A stretch of 64,000 bases of DNA from Cenarchaeum sp. (GTDB lineage: Archaea; Thermoproteota; Nitrososphaeria; Nitrososphaerales; Nitrosopumilaceae), in NCBI GenBank assembly GCA_963692915.1, contig OY843584.1:384001-448000 (forward strand), given 5' to 3'. The notes under the pieces were generated by a model. It worked only from the letters and a program-made list of their open reading frames with translations, ran no database searches and had not been told where the DNA came from. How positions within the stretch are numbered: the stretch's first letter is position 1; every line of letters starts with the position of its first letter. Made by a program: the position numbers and the translations under genes. Shown in pieces: positions 47,801 to 53,778 of the stretch.

Positions 47801-50800
47801 AGCCACGATGTGGAAGAGTCCACCATCCTGGGCAGCCTAGTCCTGCCATCAACCATGACAGTGCGGGGAGACGACCCTGTGTCATTCCAAAGACTCAACA
47901 ACAAATTGGTCCATGTGGACGTGACGAGGACGCCGGACCTCGTGGAGAGCGTCACAATACGGGACACGATACGCTCAACTGAGGGACACCGGCCGCTCGG
48001 CGACCAGGTGATCAGCAAGTCGACCACCTCACAATCCCTCAGCGATGCTGGCGTGTCTCCTGACGGACGGTCAATATTGCTCGACTTTGACGCCGAAATC
48101 TCTGCAGCATCGGCAGTCGTGGCCGCCTTTGAGCTCCCAACAGGAGTCAGCTTTGCCGCATCTAGCCCCGTGGTGACCACGGCAGGCTCCACTCTCGTCA
48201 CGCTCAACCTGTCCTCACAGCTGCCCAGGGGCATTCACACAATCTCGACAAAGGAGACACCCGCACTGGTCAGTACGACTGGCTCCGTCCTGTATCAGGG
48301 CACGCACACAATTACGTGGGATCCGGCACCACACGTCCTTGAGCACGTCTCGACGTCGCCGGACGGCCGGACAATAACGCTCCACTTTAGCAGGTCAGTG
48401 GACACGAGCACGCTCACGCCGGCCAACATTGCGCTCTCGACGGGCACTGCGCTAACGCAGTCCCAGATATCGCACGCCGTCGGCCCCAGGGTGACGATCA
48501 CGCTTGATGCGCCGCTGGCCACAGGCACGCACTCTGTGACGGTGCGCACGGGCGTGACTGCGTCAGGGTACCCACTGCCCGGCGAGACGGTCAGGTCGTT
48601 TGTCCACATGCCGTCTGCGCCATCCATCACCTCGGCGTCGCTCTCAGATGACGGGCGAACAGTGACGCTGGTCTTTAGCCACGCGCTGGACTCGGCCACA
48701 GTCACGCCCGCGGCCCTGTCATACTCTGAGGCCCTTGAAGGCGTGGTCGGGGACAGAACGCGCCTGATCATAGATCACGACGATCTCTCCGGACCGGGGG
48801 CGGCACCAACACTGTCATACGACCCTGACACGTCGACTAGTGGGACCATTGCCCTCAATGGCGTCTCCACGTCGCTGGTGGAGGAGACGCCATCCCTGGC
48901 CGTGGCTGACGGCATCCCGCCGCGGCTCGTCGGCGACCCCGAGCTAGTGGGCTGGTCATTTGGCAAGATTTTTGGGCCTGAAAGCACCGAGACTCCCCCG
49001 CGAAACATGCAAGACGCCGTTAGGTTCACGTTTAGCGAACCGATGAACAGGGATGACCTGATCGTCACATTCGATGTTGGCGGAGCACAGGTTTCTGCTG
49101 CGCCGGGTCAGTTCGCTTTCTATCAAGGTTCTAGTGTGACAGCCCCTGGTAACACCTTTCTTAACACGCATAGAGGACAAATTATTTTCCCTTTGACATA
49201 CAAGACCGACGCGGGGATAGTTCGATTTGCCCCCTTGCCTGAATATCGGGATGAATCTACGTGGGGCCAGGTCATTCCTGGCTATAACAGCTTTGATCTT
49301 CCCCGAGCTGCGCTTGGTGCACACCTTGACACCACGAACATGATATACACGATCTATAATCAGGGCGGTGCGACCACAGAGGGTCTTGGTTTCGTTCGAT
49401 TTATAGATCTGGCAGATCACCCGACCGTTCAACTACGAGACGTGGCCGGAAATCCGTACATTCCCGACCAGTCCAGGAAACATGATGAATTTATCCTAGA
49501 GACAGACACTGTGGGTCCGAAGTTTCGTGCCAAAGTGGCCTCGCCGACACAGATCAATGTAGAGTATCTGGAACCCGTGGAGATCAAGCAGGGTCGGGAG
49601 CTGCGATCCGCTGATTGGAGGATAGATCTGACGCCAGACGACGATAGTGACAACGAAGACGGCAACCTCAATTGGATTGGGCCCACGGCAGTCACTCACG
49701 CGTTTGACGAGTTCCCCAACCCCGAATTCCTCTCCTATGGTGACCTTGGAACCAGGTCGAGACTCACGGTCATGCTCACAGTAGACCCGCCAACGGAGAC
49801 TGTGAATGCCATGTCGCCCCTTGACGCGACTCCCCTTGACGTGCACTATGTCGCAAGCTCGGCAGATGTCGCCGATGCGCGCTCTCATGACGCCGTTGTG
49901 CCATTCGCCTTCGAGTACCGTCCAGGGGTAACTGACAACACAGGCCATGACGCAATCGCGCCGGCTGCGGCATCACTGGTGACCACAGTCGAGCGACCGA
50001 CTGCCACGGAGGGGGAGTTTGCCGAACGAACAGGCGCGTTTGCGCATTACGCGATGGCTGGTGACAGGATCACGGTCAGCGCAGTGCTTGACTCACCGGC
50101 GCTTGCTGCAACCGCTGACGCGGGAGTGGACGTGGGCGTGCTCACGCCGTACCTGGAGCTGGGAACATACGCTGTGAACATGGAACAGGGCACCCCGCCG
50201 CAATACAGCGTCGTAATTCCCACGACAGTCACTGATGCTGATGGGATAGCGTTTGCTGCAGACACTAGCCACGCCGTGACGTACGTTGCCTCGCCGCCGA
50301 CACTCTCAAACCCGAGCTTTGGCGCCCCGTCGAGGATATTCATTGAGACAAGCGAGCCGCTAGATGACACGACGCTAACGCCCACTAGCGTCAGCGTGGA
50401 AGGGCTTGAGACGGTGCGGGTTGACCGCGAGATCGACCGCGTGGTGATAAACACGCGACATGACGCGATCCCAGGAAAATCGTACACGATCCGCATTGCC
50501 GACACGGTCACTGACACTGACGGGGTTGCCACGGCCGCAACGACGCTGTCGGTGCAATATCCCGTAAAGGCAACTGCGACTGCAAGGTTTGCCAATGACA
50601 ATCGTCTGGTTATAACGACCAGCGAGTGGATCGTCGAGAGCAATATATTGGACAGATACGTATCGCTCTCTGCAGTCGGGGGCACGTCGGAACCGCTGGA
50701 TCTCAAATCCGCTACATTCTTCTTCCCGCATCTCGGATTTAATATTGATGATGACGTGCCGACTGGCACGTACGAGCTCACATTCTCTGACTCGTTAGTG

Positions 50801-51502
50801 ACGAGCGCGGGCACGACGTTTGAGAGCCCGATCCTAGTTGAGCATGTGGCAGGCCTGCGGACGCCAGAGGGGGCGCCGACGGCATCCAACGTTAGGTTCT
50901 TTGGCCCGGAGCACATACAGTTCGAGATGGACCAGTATCCTGCCACATCGACGCTTGAGAACATCGAGGTTCCGACGCTTGGGGTAAAGCGCGTCTCGCG
51001 CGATGCACTGACGATCACGCTGGCCCTGGAGGGCCGCGCCGACAGGGTATCGTGGCAAGCGTCGTGGATCGTGCCGACTGCGGACTCCACGACGCTGACG
51101 CAGGGCCCAATTGACTTTACGATCACCGCCACGGATGCGGCCGGCAACGCAGGCGACATTGGGCAGTCAAGCGTGTCGACGGGAACCAACAATGCCATAG
51201 TCGACACGACGTTGCCGACATTTGAGGCAGCCATCGTGGCCTCAGACCGCACGAGCGTGACGTTCGTCGAGCCTGCGCGCGGGACGATCGTCGCGTCCGA
51301 GTGGTGCGTCGAGGGCATCGCCTCGGTGGGAGTGTCAGCTGACGGTGTAGAGTTTGCGCCGTCATACCCTGTCGTTGACGCGGCGACAGTCACGGAGGGC
51401 CAGACGTTCATCCTGCGCCACACCGCAGTGCCGCACGGAACCGAGCCGACAGTAGAGTACTCGCCAGGCGAGCCGTGCGCGCCAGATGCGCCCAGCGGAT
51501 AG
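35831..51502 (+). CDS. Giant (5,223 aa) secreted Thr/Ser/Ala/Asp-rich surface protein with roughly 40 Ig-like (Big_5/SwmB-like) repeats
   Basis: Uninterrupted 15.7-kb ORF; signal peptide MWAWRVAVVALLGVVALGAISGVMA; recurring D.(T/I)(A/P)P...T.VT(L/F)(S/D)EP...D.AGN units of ~100-130 aa. Confidence 0.92.
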   Translation: MWAWRVAVVALLGVVALGAISGVMAQEALTASPLTTRTLVDGVPTQVHAKVGATISISVETSSAVTITASDVSFFGRGSQAVAPTSVTGSGTSWEVRLNVVNSHVEGPLRFWITAHDAVTPTSTITLTEADIAGHHVSIDRTRPEFTITPTSSTTTLVTLNEPLSPLVAASRELDVSRWCVNDSQTPQIMCLSTADYNRDVASATVLSLGLSPVILLTHEPVVHLSDMVVVFDHHDTSTPFLFTDAALNLPAIPASQSSVEASMQRIFGSPPATSSDHVFPFTAEYDVGNRRILVRMGDAIGLTGQLTLADWRVEHGEPSPDVASNDLQTQTISQSPPSETDLHVRYIGLESAAVVPENANLWVTYTPSDSMPLRVGTAGMILTGSAQFALNPDTRPTTLTVSAQRDSGSGPASYDGDLRASDTITVTMRLREATLSTSVPTISFFGAAAVDMTGTAGGRDWTATLAVRDDDASTDGVNEGTPEGSVEFDITATNVGRTVVRYDESHVTDGSSVSVDRTPPQVRTAKFVDARSEIHVVPDEPVSYTSLTDLFTATSGGSEVELSDVTFDALRGAYVIEITAAAQGSTYVLTPAAGAITDGAGNALAGSFSVVDESAAPTVTSMSLDVLRADEAGMYVLRSGAHAEYAMADDVIRVTLGLNEITNPVTVPTVRFFDQQTPVAMNGSPGDMAWTADFLVTSMTREGSVEFDIVALDYVGNAADIDETGVTDMSDAIVDLTAPLASPSMTFSYTATPTGFTLFFAEDLDDTTVMTSAFVIKSPEGGVVMQSAAPTYAASTSSAQAGVSFTTAALSDGNHTVEIAISLTDRAGNSYVADDVTVYVDTTAPTVTGIATESSTTTIVTLDEAVTADGNAAQRLRHWTVTDDDPDGSSGPIEAPVRAISNVEVIDTEGMAAASGERIRITHASLASTASTPTVAYAPVSTDVGGIGAVTLGLVTDASPPLATRLAAVSATEADDLASPTANDPSFTNARTITFTLSEPVVQTFLERTTVSPPIGTLTVAVDGLRVTLSGTTNAIDGTTYSIEVPSAVTDSKCVGVTDTCVPNMFSLDSVELAYGDTYAPTAQSATFLSSSRIDVEVSETLDADTLSGITVSPPLGTLTVTQFDLTVVIGFTGTPSVGTEYTVTIPTTVTDVASPANAFALTTLATTYRADTTQPTVVSATQTSYGVIVVRFSEPIQGTTRTSDWSIWDDRYPANPFPAIVNVALGGGFATSTTSLTIPGTGALVREITLSARVESTESRPYTQHVGSGLTDLSGNVLRDTDRSNIHGAVRFTDKAPPESLGIVVESTRPRQADLVSGIDIGTLLVKAGDEVTFTVEFDGSSTPFRDRYLRTQLEVDPTIQYVRGGTTYPLAFHSDVENWSHTLTITGDMPDGLLVPFLTIKDRVVQNGPGNIGEYLGASTNPNACDRIADAIPANRATGCLQGVGLEQGLPRLFPTVDNSPPVIESAETTTTTTTLVTLDEPVLTSTGTPAQIADNWAMTSGTDTVNVSSAAVAGSEVTLTHDTLDTYATPTLTYTRGATEDAGRIIDRVDNSLAQADSVPVADGTAPAFVSATIGASPSRTVTATFSEDIARSSVSATTIMLEDSAGTAVEGTLLYHDPDNEDTVAITFPSSAVALDGMYTLRITTGITDASPQANPLPAEATESIALNTEAPYMVSATTRLPPSSLLALSGYNTQAGPVSTVLHLYDGAQSRSVVPSPLSAITTVTLSEPVTTPGSATMENVRSHWKVAAGSTDLTVTSVAVSGRTVAITHSIPASTDSTFTVTHTVGDSAGLVMDSANANIADDENAQSSDGIIPLWSARLTGPTTALVTFSEPVMQVPGTTAIDAWRASGRGDLADQRMGEDRYSRANDGDRRLASATLSDDGRSMTLEMSAAIPTDDRAYSATNLPWIKYYPGAFARQTPLPATAIANTIVDLAGNALTDRVYQTGDGIAPVLTVASFDGTTMSVTSSRPLDSTTIQGGNFVLRGPGSLTTTHTPTLVPGGTTSAFSLTFSPALTLSGSYTMVLGDVYDTVTTQHPGETRAGNRLVLSEPTVMFLPSGATNPVLASAETLTKTTTQVTFNQPVEGMTSRSQWTITSQGLTINVLGVAAGSATPVDSADPITVARSGATLTMTLLHDAISSGLTPGIDYDPAGDTSIADANRLRDNSNNAILGTGTTGPTATDGIPPQVSDATFIARNGLRLTFEEPLAQASVTAMGTTFTITDPSGDPVSLASDNPVSYSASSQSVTLILEDFTTEHGGYGITIVGVADTASPTANSCTAMTCTATADREVQLPVLGTTGSLVASVLSGDPLAAKSTNPNIATGGDTLRVALTLAGIVPDPAAPAVIDSALLRDIDRPSISFFGGEGMAMTDVTQAGSPARSSWSIDYTVPSTPQRDAQAEFSITVGHNLDTATFTRAELTSGTAVSVDTKPPGLSASAADPLYTRTEAVGATAGLGSARNAQVGDVMLVVLTTDEPLSGVILGDATFSSGRAATDVSSDHTSRGITPALPEDTYVYSRTVASDEPEGPVEFSITVRDAVGNTDTLDADDLPTGDDATGYRLSVDRTAPTVSSAMFTSPTVLTITFGESGIQTLPATLTLTRTSTPGTTTSTLTATLSGEPDGASVTYTVPAIQPYAHESAEYTFTLPATILDDALNAYVPPADDIVVSESPVTISSAETSSTTVTDVTLSAPPVALGTDATPATPATPAQIASHWSVSEVIDGTTVDREVTGAAITDSTIRLTHAPLASSSSTPSVAYTAPASRAVGQLVDATSSTLSVQTFSGTAADGAPPVMTARFTTPAIITVTLDSPYVTTPAERAPALSNTMSPMDNAATFTLAQAPPTTLTLSLGGTVDDGTYEFTITVYDSNGNMGVQAFSLDRDSTSIFASARTLSHTSVEVSFALGTALAQGVTSLDPARWTVITPVEGAQGATTITVASVSALADNKVTLTLASPGIVASDGTPDTAATPTVKYTRGVGAAVEILGSTSEELMSDSKRATDAAPPTPHSAVTSSTTNGERLVMAFSEPLYIGSVAAPGIPDADITSQLSIHVDGATEGTAPSSISRSSDGTELTLAYTGVSLNPVAASTFVRYDGTLPVGERILDVVPNTLSNAALDTLVTDMIVPSISSARTAGATTTEVTYDEPIALVGDPASLYAIEFPAGTTTPPGSVAIKAGDPSVAVLTHSSVTYGVDSTATLAYTAGTATQSVTDAAAGANRAEAVTAVRIADGIAPKITEVETESQTTTIVTLDGPVTAGGDAAQRSRHWTVTDVDPDGTGPVAAPDRAVSGVDTIDAAGAIATSGMRIRLTHAELSDTASTPTVAYVARVDSNADGTIDALDEPSRVIDPAVDALSMPAPNILADYTTTATDKAPPVITARFATATSITLTLSEPIERTTALLTRSNWDIDSAGTGDNPRLLQTSTQTETAVSYPASTPLSMTIRLNDAASDNVHTLTIPAGIVDRADTPNAYVASRALTVDPIAGVAFTASATGQSTIEITFTTDVERIGSAPLATSAWIVYETPTQGTQAERIPISSVSALADNKVTLTLSPSPGRDAQTSTGKTPYVEYVRDTSEFRDVATRVPLAAEASAVATDDTDPTIKSARTSSTTQITVTLNEPVGFVGTGANAPSTAGQIAQWSACVPPEGSSSCSVAETLSSIGIAISGSTVTLNFAPADEWETDVVPVVTYRNIDEPEDSETPVADLSERARARLVDVNGNGMDAVSYQSADGVAPVIVSASTASVRSINVVLSEVSVFAPASSTSAQRGPHWTATVDGDSSVGSTAAISTVSGTSTLTFRVASDDAWTGDDSPTVAYVNPAGAGRVTDVHGNAMLVASGVMTTNVAAPELLSARTVSLGRTEVVVSKPAQINAGTAAQVIGHWSLLDIDGDDAGDAPDPVTIRGVRLDDSISHEPGSSVVELSLSGSLPNGVHEITARSTIASTGGATPSSDQTTRITSYVPPMVLEDLTLGDDRISLLFSHDVEESTILGSLVLPSTMTVRGDDPVSFQRLNNKLVHVDVTRTPDLVESVTIRDTIRSTEGHRPLGDQVISKSTTSQSLSDAGVSPDGRSILLDFDAEISAASAVVAAFELPTGVSFAASSPVVTTAGSTLVTLNLSSQLPRGIHTISTKETPALVSTTGSVLYQGTHTITWDPAPHVLEHVSTSPDGRTITLHFSRSVDTSTLTPANIALSTGTALTQSQISHAVGPRVTITLDAPLATGTHSVTVRTGVTASGYPLPGETVRSFVHMPSAPSITSASLSDDGRTVTLVFSHALDSATVTPAALSYSEALEGVVGDRTRLIIDHDDLSGPGAAPTLSYDPDTSTSGTIALNGVSTSLVEETPSLAVADGIPPRLVGDPELVGWSFGKIFGPESTETPPRNMQDAVRFTFSEPMNRDDLIVTFDVGGAQVSAAPGQFAFYQGSSVTAPGNTFLNTHRGQIIFPLTYKTDAGIVRFAPLPEYRDESTWGQVIPGYNSFDLPRAALGAHLDTTNMIYTIYNQGGATTEGLGFVRFIDLADHPTVQLRDVAGNPYIPDQSRKHDEFILETDTVGPKFRAKVASPTQINVEYLEPVEIKQGRELRSADWRIDLTPDDDSDNEDGNLNWIGPTAVTHAFDEFPNPEFLSYGDLGTRSRLTVMLTVDPPTETVNAMSPLDATPLDVHYVASSADVADARSHDAVVPFAFEYRPGVTDNTGHDAIAPAAASLVTTVERPTATEGEFAERTGAFAHYAMAGDRITVSAVLDSPALAATADAGVDVGVLTPYLELGTYAVNMEQGTPPQYSVVIPTTVTDADGIAFAADTSHAVTYVASPPTLSNPSFGAPSRIFIETSEPLDDTTLTPTSVSVEGLETVRVDREIDRVVINTRHDAIPGKSYTIRIADTVTDTDGVATAATTLSVQYPVKATATARFANDNRLVITTSEWIVESNILDRYVSLSAVGGTSEPLDLKSATFFFPHLGFNIDDDVPTGTYELTFSDSLVTSAGTTFESPILVEHVAGLRTPEGAPTASNVRFFGPEHIQFEMDQYPATSTLENIEVPTLGVKRVSRDALTITLALEGRADRVSWQASWIVPTADSTTLTQGPIDFTITATDAAGNAGDIGQSSVSTGTNNAIVDTTLPTFEAAIVASDRTSVTFVEPARGTIVASEWCVEGIASVGVSADGVEFAPSYPVVDAATVTEGQTFILRHTAVPHGTEPTVEYSPGEPCAPDAPSG

Positions 51503-51688
51503 GCCCCCGACGGCGGCGCACTATAGGGGCCGGGGCATGCACAGCCCACCACGAAGAACACACTTGAATTCTTTAGAGACCGGCTCGAAGACGCTATAGT
51601 CTACTGAGCTTTTCCACGTTCTGCACAACGGCAAAATTGTGCTCTTTTGCGATTTGCTCTAATGACCCCATGTTGTGCATCTTCCATG

Positions 51689-53548
51689 TCATAGCACGTC
51701 GCCTAGGTACTTGTTGACGGCTGCGTCAATTTTGCGGCTCTTGGCAAACGCAATTACCCTTCTCTTGCTGACAATGCCTTCATAGACAAGATCCCCGATC
51801 ATCTCTAGTTCGGCCTCGTACTGGATCATCTTTTTCCTCCTGACCTCAAAAAACAGGTCAACCCAAGATTTCTCTAGTGGGGCGACTATGACGTTTGGAA
51901 CCCTGGCGTATTCGCGTATCGCAATGACGTTCTTGCGTGACAGGTCAAACACTGCCTCAAACTGCACCCTCGTGGGATCGCGCAAGACGTCAAACTTGCC
52001 GTGCTCCCGTATTGCGGTCTCCAGCTGGCTTCCGGCGCCCTTGATCGTATAGACCGTGTAAACCATCTTGTTGTACGCGTAGTGGAGGTACGACGTTAGT
52101 GTGGAGAGCCCCGTAAACTGCCTCTTGTGTGGGAGTGACTTTAGGTGGTACTGCAGGTCCACAAGCTCCTCCTGGAGGAGATCCAGGTTTCGTGTGTGTG
52201 TGCGCCTTGGCTTGGGTGCAAGCCTGCCTGCCAGGTGCCTCTCCCATGCGGCATTTCTGCTCTGCACGTGCCCTGGGATTACCCCGTCGCGTGGCATGGC
52301 CTCGACCTCTATGCGCAGCATGATGAGCAGGAACAATGGGTTTCGAAACGCGCGAAATATGCCACTCTGCCGATTCACTAGAATCTCAGTCACGTCTTCG
52401 CACCTCTCTATTCGGTATATTCCAGAGTCGGCGTTTACCATCCTCATTACCGTCTTTCCAAACTTTGACTTTATGGGAATCTCATCAATGCTGTCGATTA
52501 GCCTCTGCGACTCGGCATCACCGAGGCGCAAGAGGCGCTGATCGCCAACATTGGCATCTGCATTGACTATGGCCTCGACATCATACTCTTTACGTGTCTG
52601 CTCGGCTGCCATGCGCAACATCTCCCTGACTGTGTGATCTGAGCTAAACGCCACCTGCGCAATTTTATATTTTGAATCTTCTGTCAGAAATTCAGTCTTG
52701 AATATGTTTACGGGAACGTTGTCTAGTGACACGCTGCCGATAACCCTGGCCACGGTTGGGTGCTCGGGTATGCCAAACTTTGCGTATGGCTTGATCATTC
52801 TCCCCCGGGAGTACAGGTGTATGCCATAGTTGCCCTTGATTGAGCGTTGCCTTAGCAGAGCTATCCATCCGCTCGCCCTAGTGCCATCCCCGATTGCAAT
52901 GTCTATATTTCTCATGCTGCCTTCTTTGATGTCGGGCTCTTTTGCCACGCACTGCTGCCCGTCTACTGATATGGAGACGATGCCCTCCTTGATGTATGGC
53001 CCGTACCGCGTGCCAAACTCTTCTCTCAATTTTGTTATCTGGGCCAGATTCACGGAGGGGTTGATGCCCGATATGGCTATCTCCGTCCCGTGCGCACCCC
53101 TTTCTGCTGCCTGGCGCAATACCTTGATCTTGTCCCAGGAGGCGCTCTTGTCCCTGAGCCACTTTTCCTCGTTGTAGGCGAGGACTAGGCGGTGATCCGC
53201 CCCGCTCACCTTTGTGCCTATCGAGACCATGCTCCCGAGCGCCGACGTTGCGCTCTTTAGGCCCATTCCAAACCTGCCGATCCGACCATCCAAACCGCCT
53301 GACGTGCCGGCTATGGTCCATGCGCGCTCGAGGCCGCCGATGTCCATGCCCTTGCCGTCATCGCGCACGGTGATGACGCCCTTGGCGTGGTCATAGGCGA
53401 CCTCTATGTTCTCGGTCTTGCCGTCGATTCTTGCATCTATTGCATTGTCGACGATCTCGGCGATGGCCTGCCCTGTGCTGTATCCGATCATGCCCAGTTT
53501 TTTTATCAGGCTCTTGTCAGGCGTGGCGTTCACGGTGAGCTCATTCAT
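51689..53548 (-). CDS. MORC-type GHKL ATPase (HATPase_c_3 + S5 fold) with possible AbiEi-like C-terminal domain
   Basis: EIVDNAIDA, DDGKGM, GRFGMGLK, HGTEI; GIHLYSRGRMI...PVNIFK; C-terminal APLEKSWVDLF...FAKSR; AT-richer than flanks. Confidence 0.85.
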   Translation of the reverse strand: MNELTVNATPDKSLIKKLGMIGYSTGQAIAEIVDNAIDARIDGKTENIEVAYDHAKGVITVRDDGKGMDIGGLERAWTIAGTSGGLDGRIGRFGMGLKSATSALGSMVSIGTKVSGADHRLVLAYNEEKWLRDKSASWDKIKVLRQAAERGAHGTEIAISGINPSVNLAQITKLREEFGTRYGPYIKEGIVSISVDGQQCVAKEPDIKEGSMRNIDIAIGDGTRASGWIALLRQRSIKGNYGIHLYSRGRMIKPYAKFGIPEHPTVARVIGSVSLDNVPVNIFKTEFLTEDSKYKIAQVAFSSDHTVREMLRMAAEQTRKEYDVEAIVNADANVGDQRLLRLGDAESQRLIDSIDEIPIKSKFGKTVMRMVNADSGIYRIERCEDVTEILVNRQSGIFRAFRNPLFLLIMLRIEVEAMPRDGVIPGHVQSRNAAWERHLAGRLAPKPRRTHTRNLDLLQEELVDLQYHLKSLPHKRQFTGLSTLTSYLHYAYNKMVYTVYTIKGAGSQLETAIREHGKFDVLRDPTRVQFEAVFDLSRKNVIAIREYARVPNVIVAPLEKSWVDLFFEVRRKKMIQYEAELEMIGDLVYEGIVSKRRVIAFAKSRKIDAAVNKYLGDVL

Positions 53549-53624
53549 GCCTAGGCGGCAGGCGTTTCTCTATATATACCAATATTTTAGTTTAAATAGT
53601 ATGGAGCCCGTTTTAGCCATAATT

Positions 53625-53778
53625 CCGACAAATACCTTATTTTCTCCACTTTGAATGATTTGCACTTTTGCCGACAAATACCCCATTTTCTCCATCTTGA
53701 ATGATTTGCACTTTTGCCGACAAATACCTCATTCTCCCCACTTTGCATGATTTGTTCTTTTTGCCGAAAAATGCCTCG
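53625..53778. repeat. AT-rich 46-bp tandem repeat, three copies plus a partial fourth
   Basis: CCGACAAATAC at 53625, 53671, 53717 and CCGAAAAATGC at 53764; unit ~CCGACAAATACCYYATTYTCYCCAYYTTGMATGATTTGYWCTTTTG. Confidence 0.93.

Noticed and set aside
47864-47872. RGD integrin-binding motif in the giant protein
   Set aside because: A single tripeptide in 5,223 aa is expected by chance.
50185-51047. ACAGGG 6-bp repeat as the boundary of the second insert
   Set aside because: The 857-nt spacing is out of frame; the in-frame AGGGC pair fits the protein alignment.
43627-51561. Long antisense ORFs (483 aa and 504 aa) opposite the giant gene, and similar shadows elsewhere
   Set aside because: Typical stop-poor antisense frames of GC-rich coding DNA, with no motifs.
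53625-53778. Tandem array as a mini-CRISPR
   Set aside because: Whole 46-bp units are near-identical with no unique spacers, and no cas genes are in the window.
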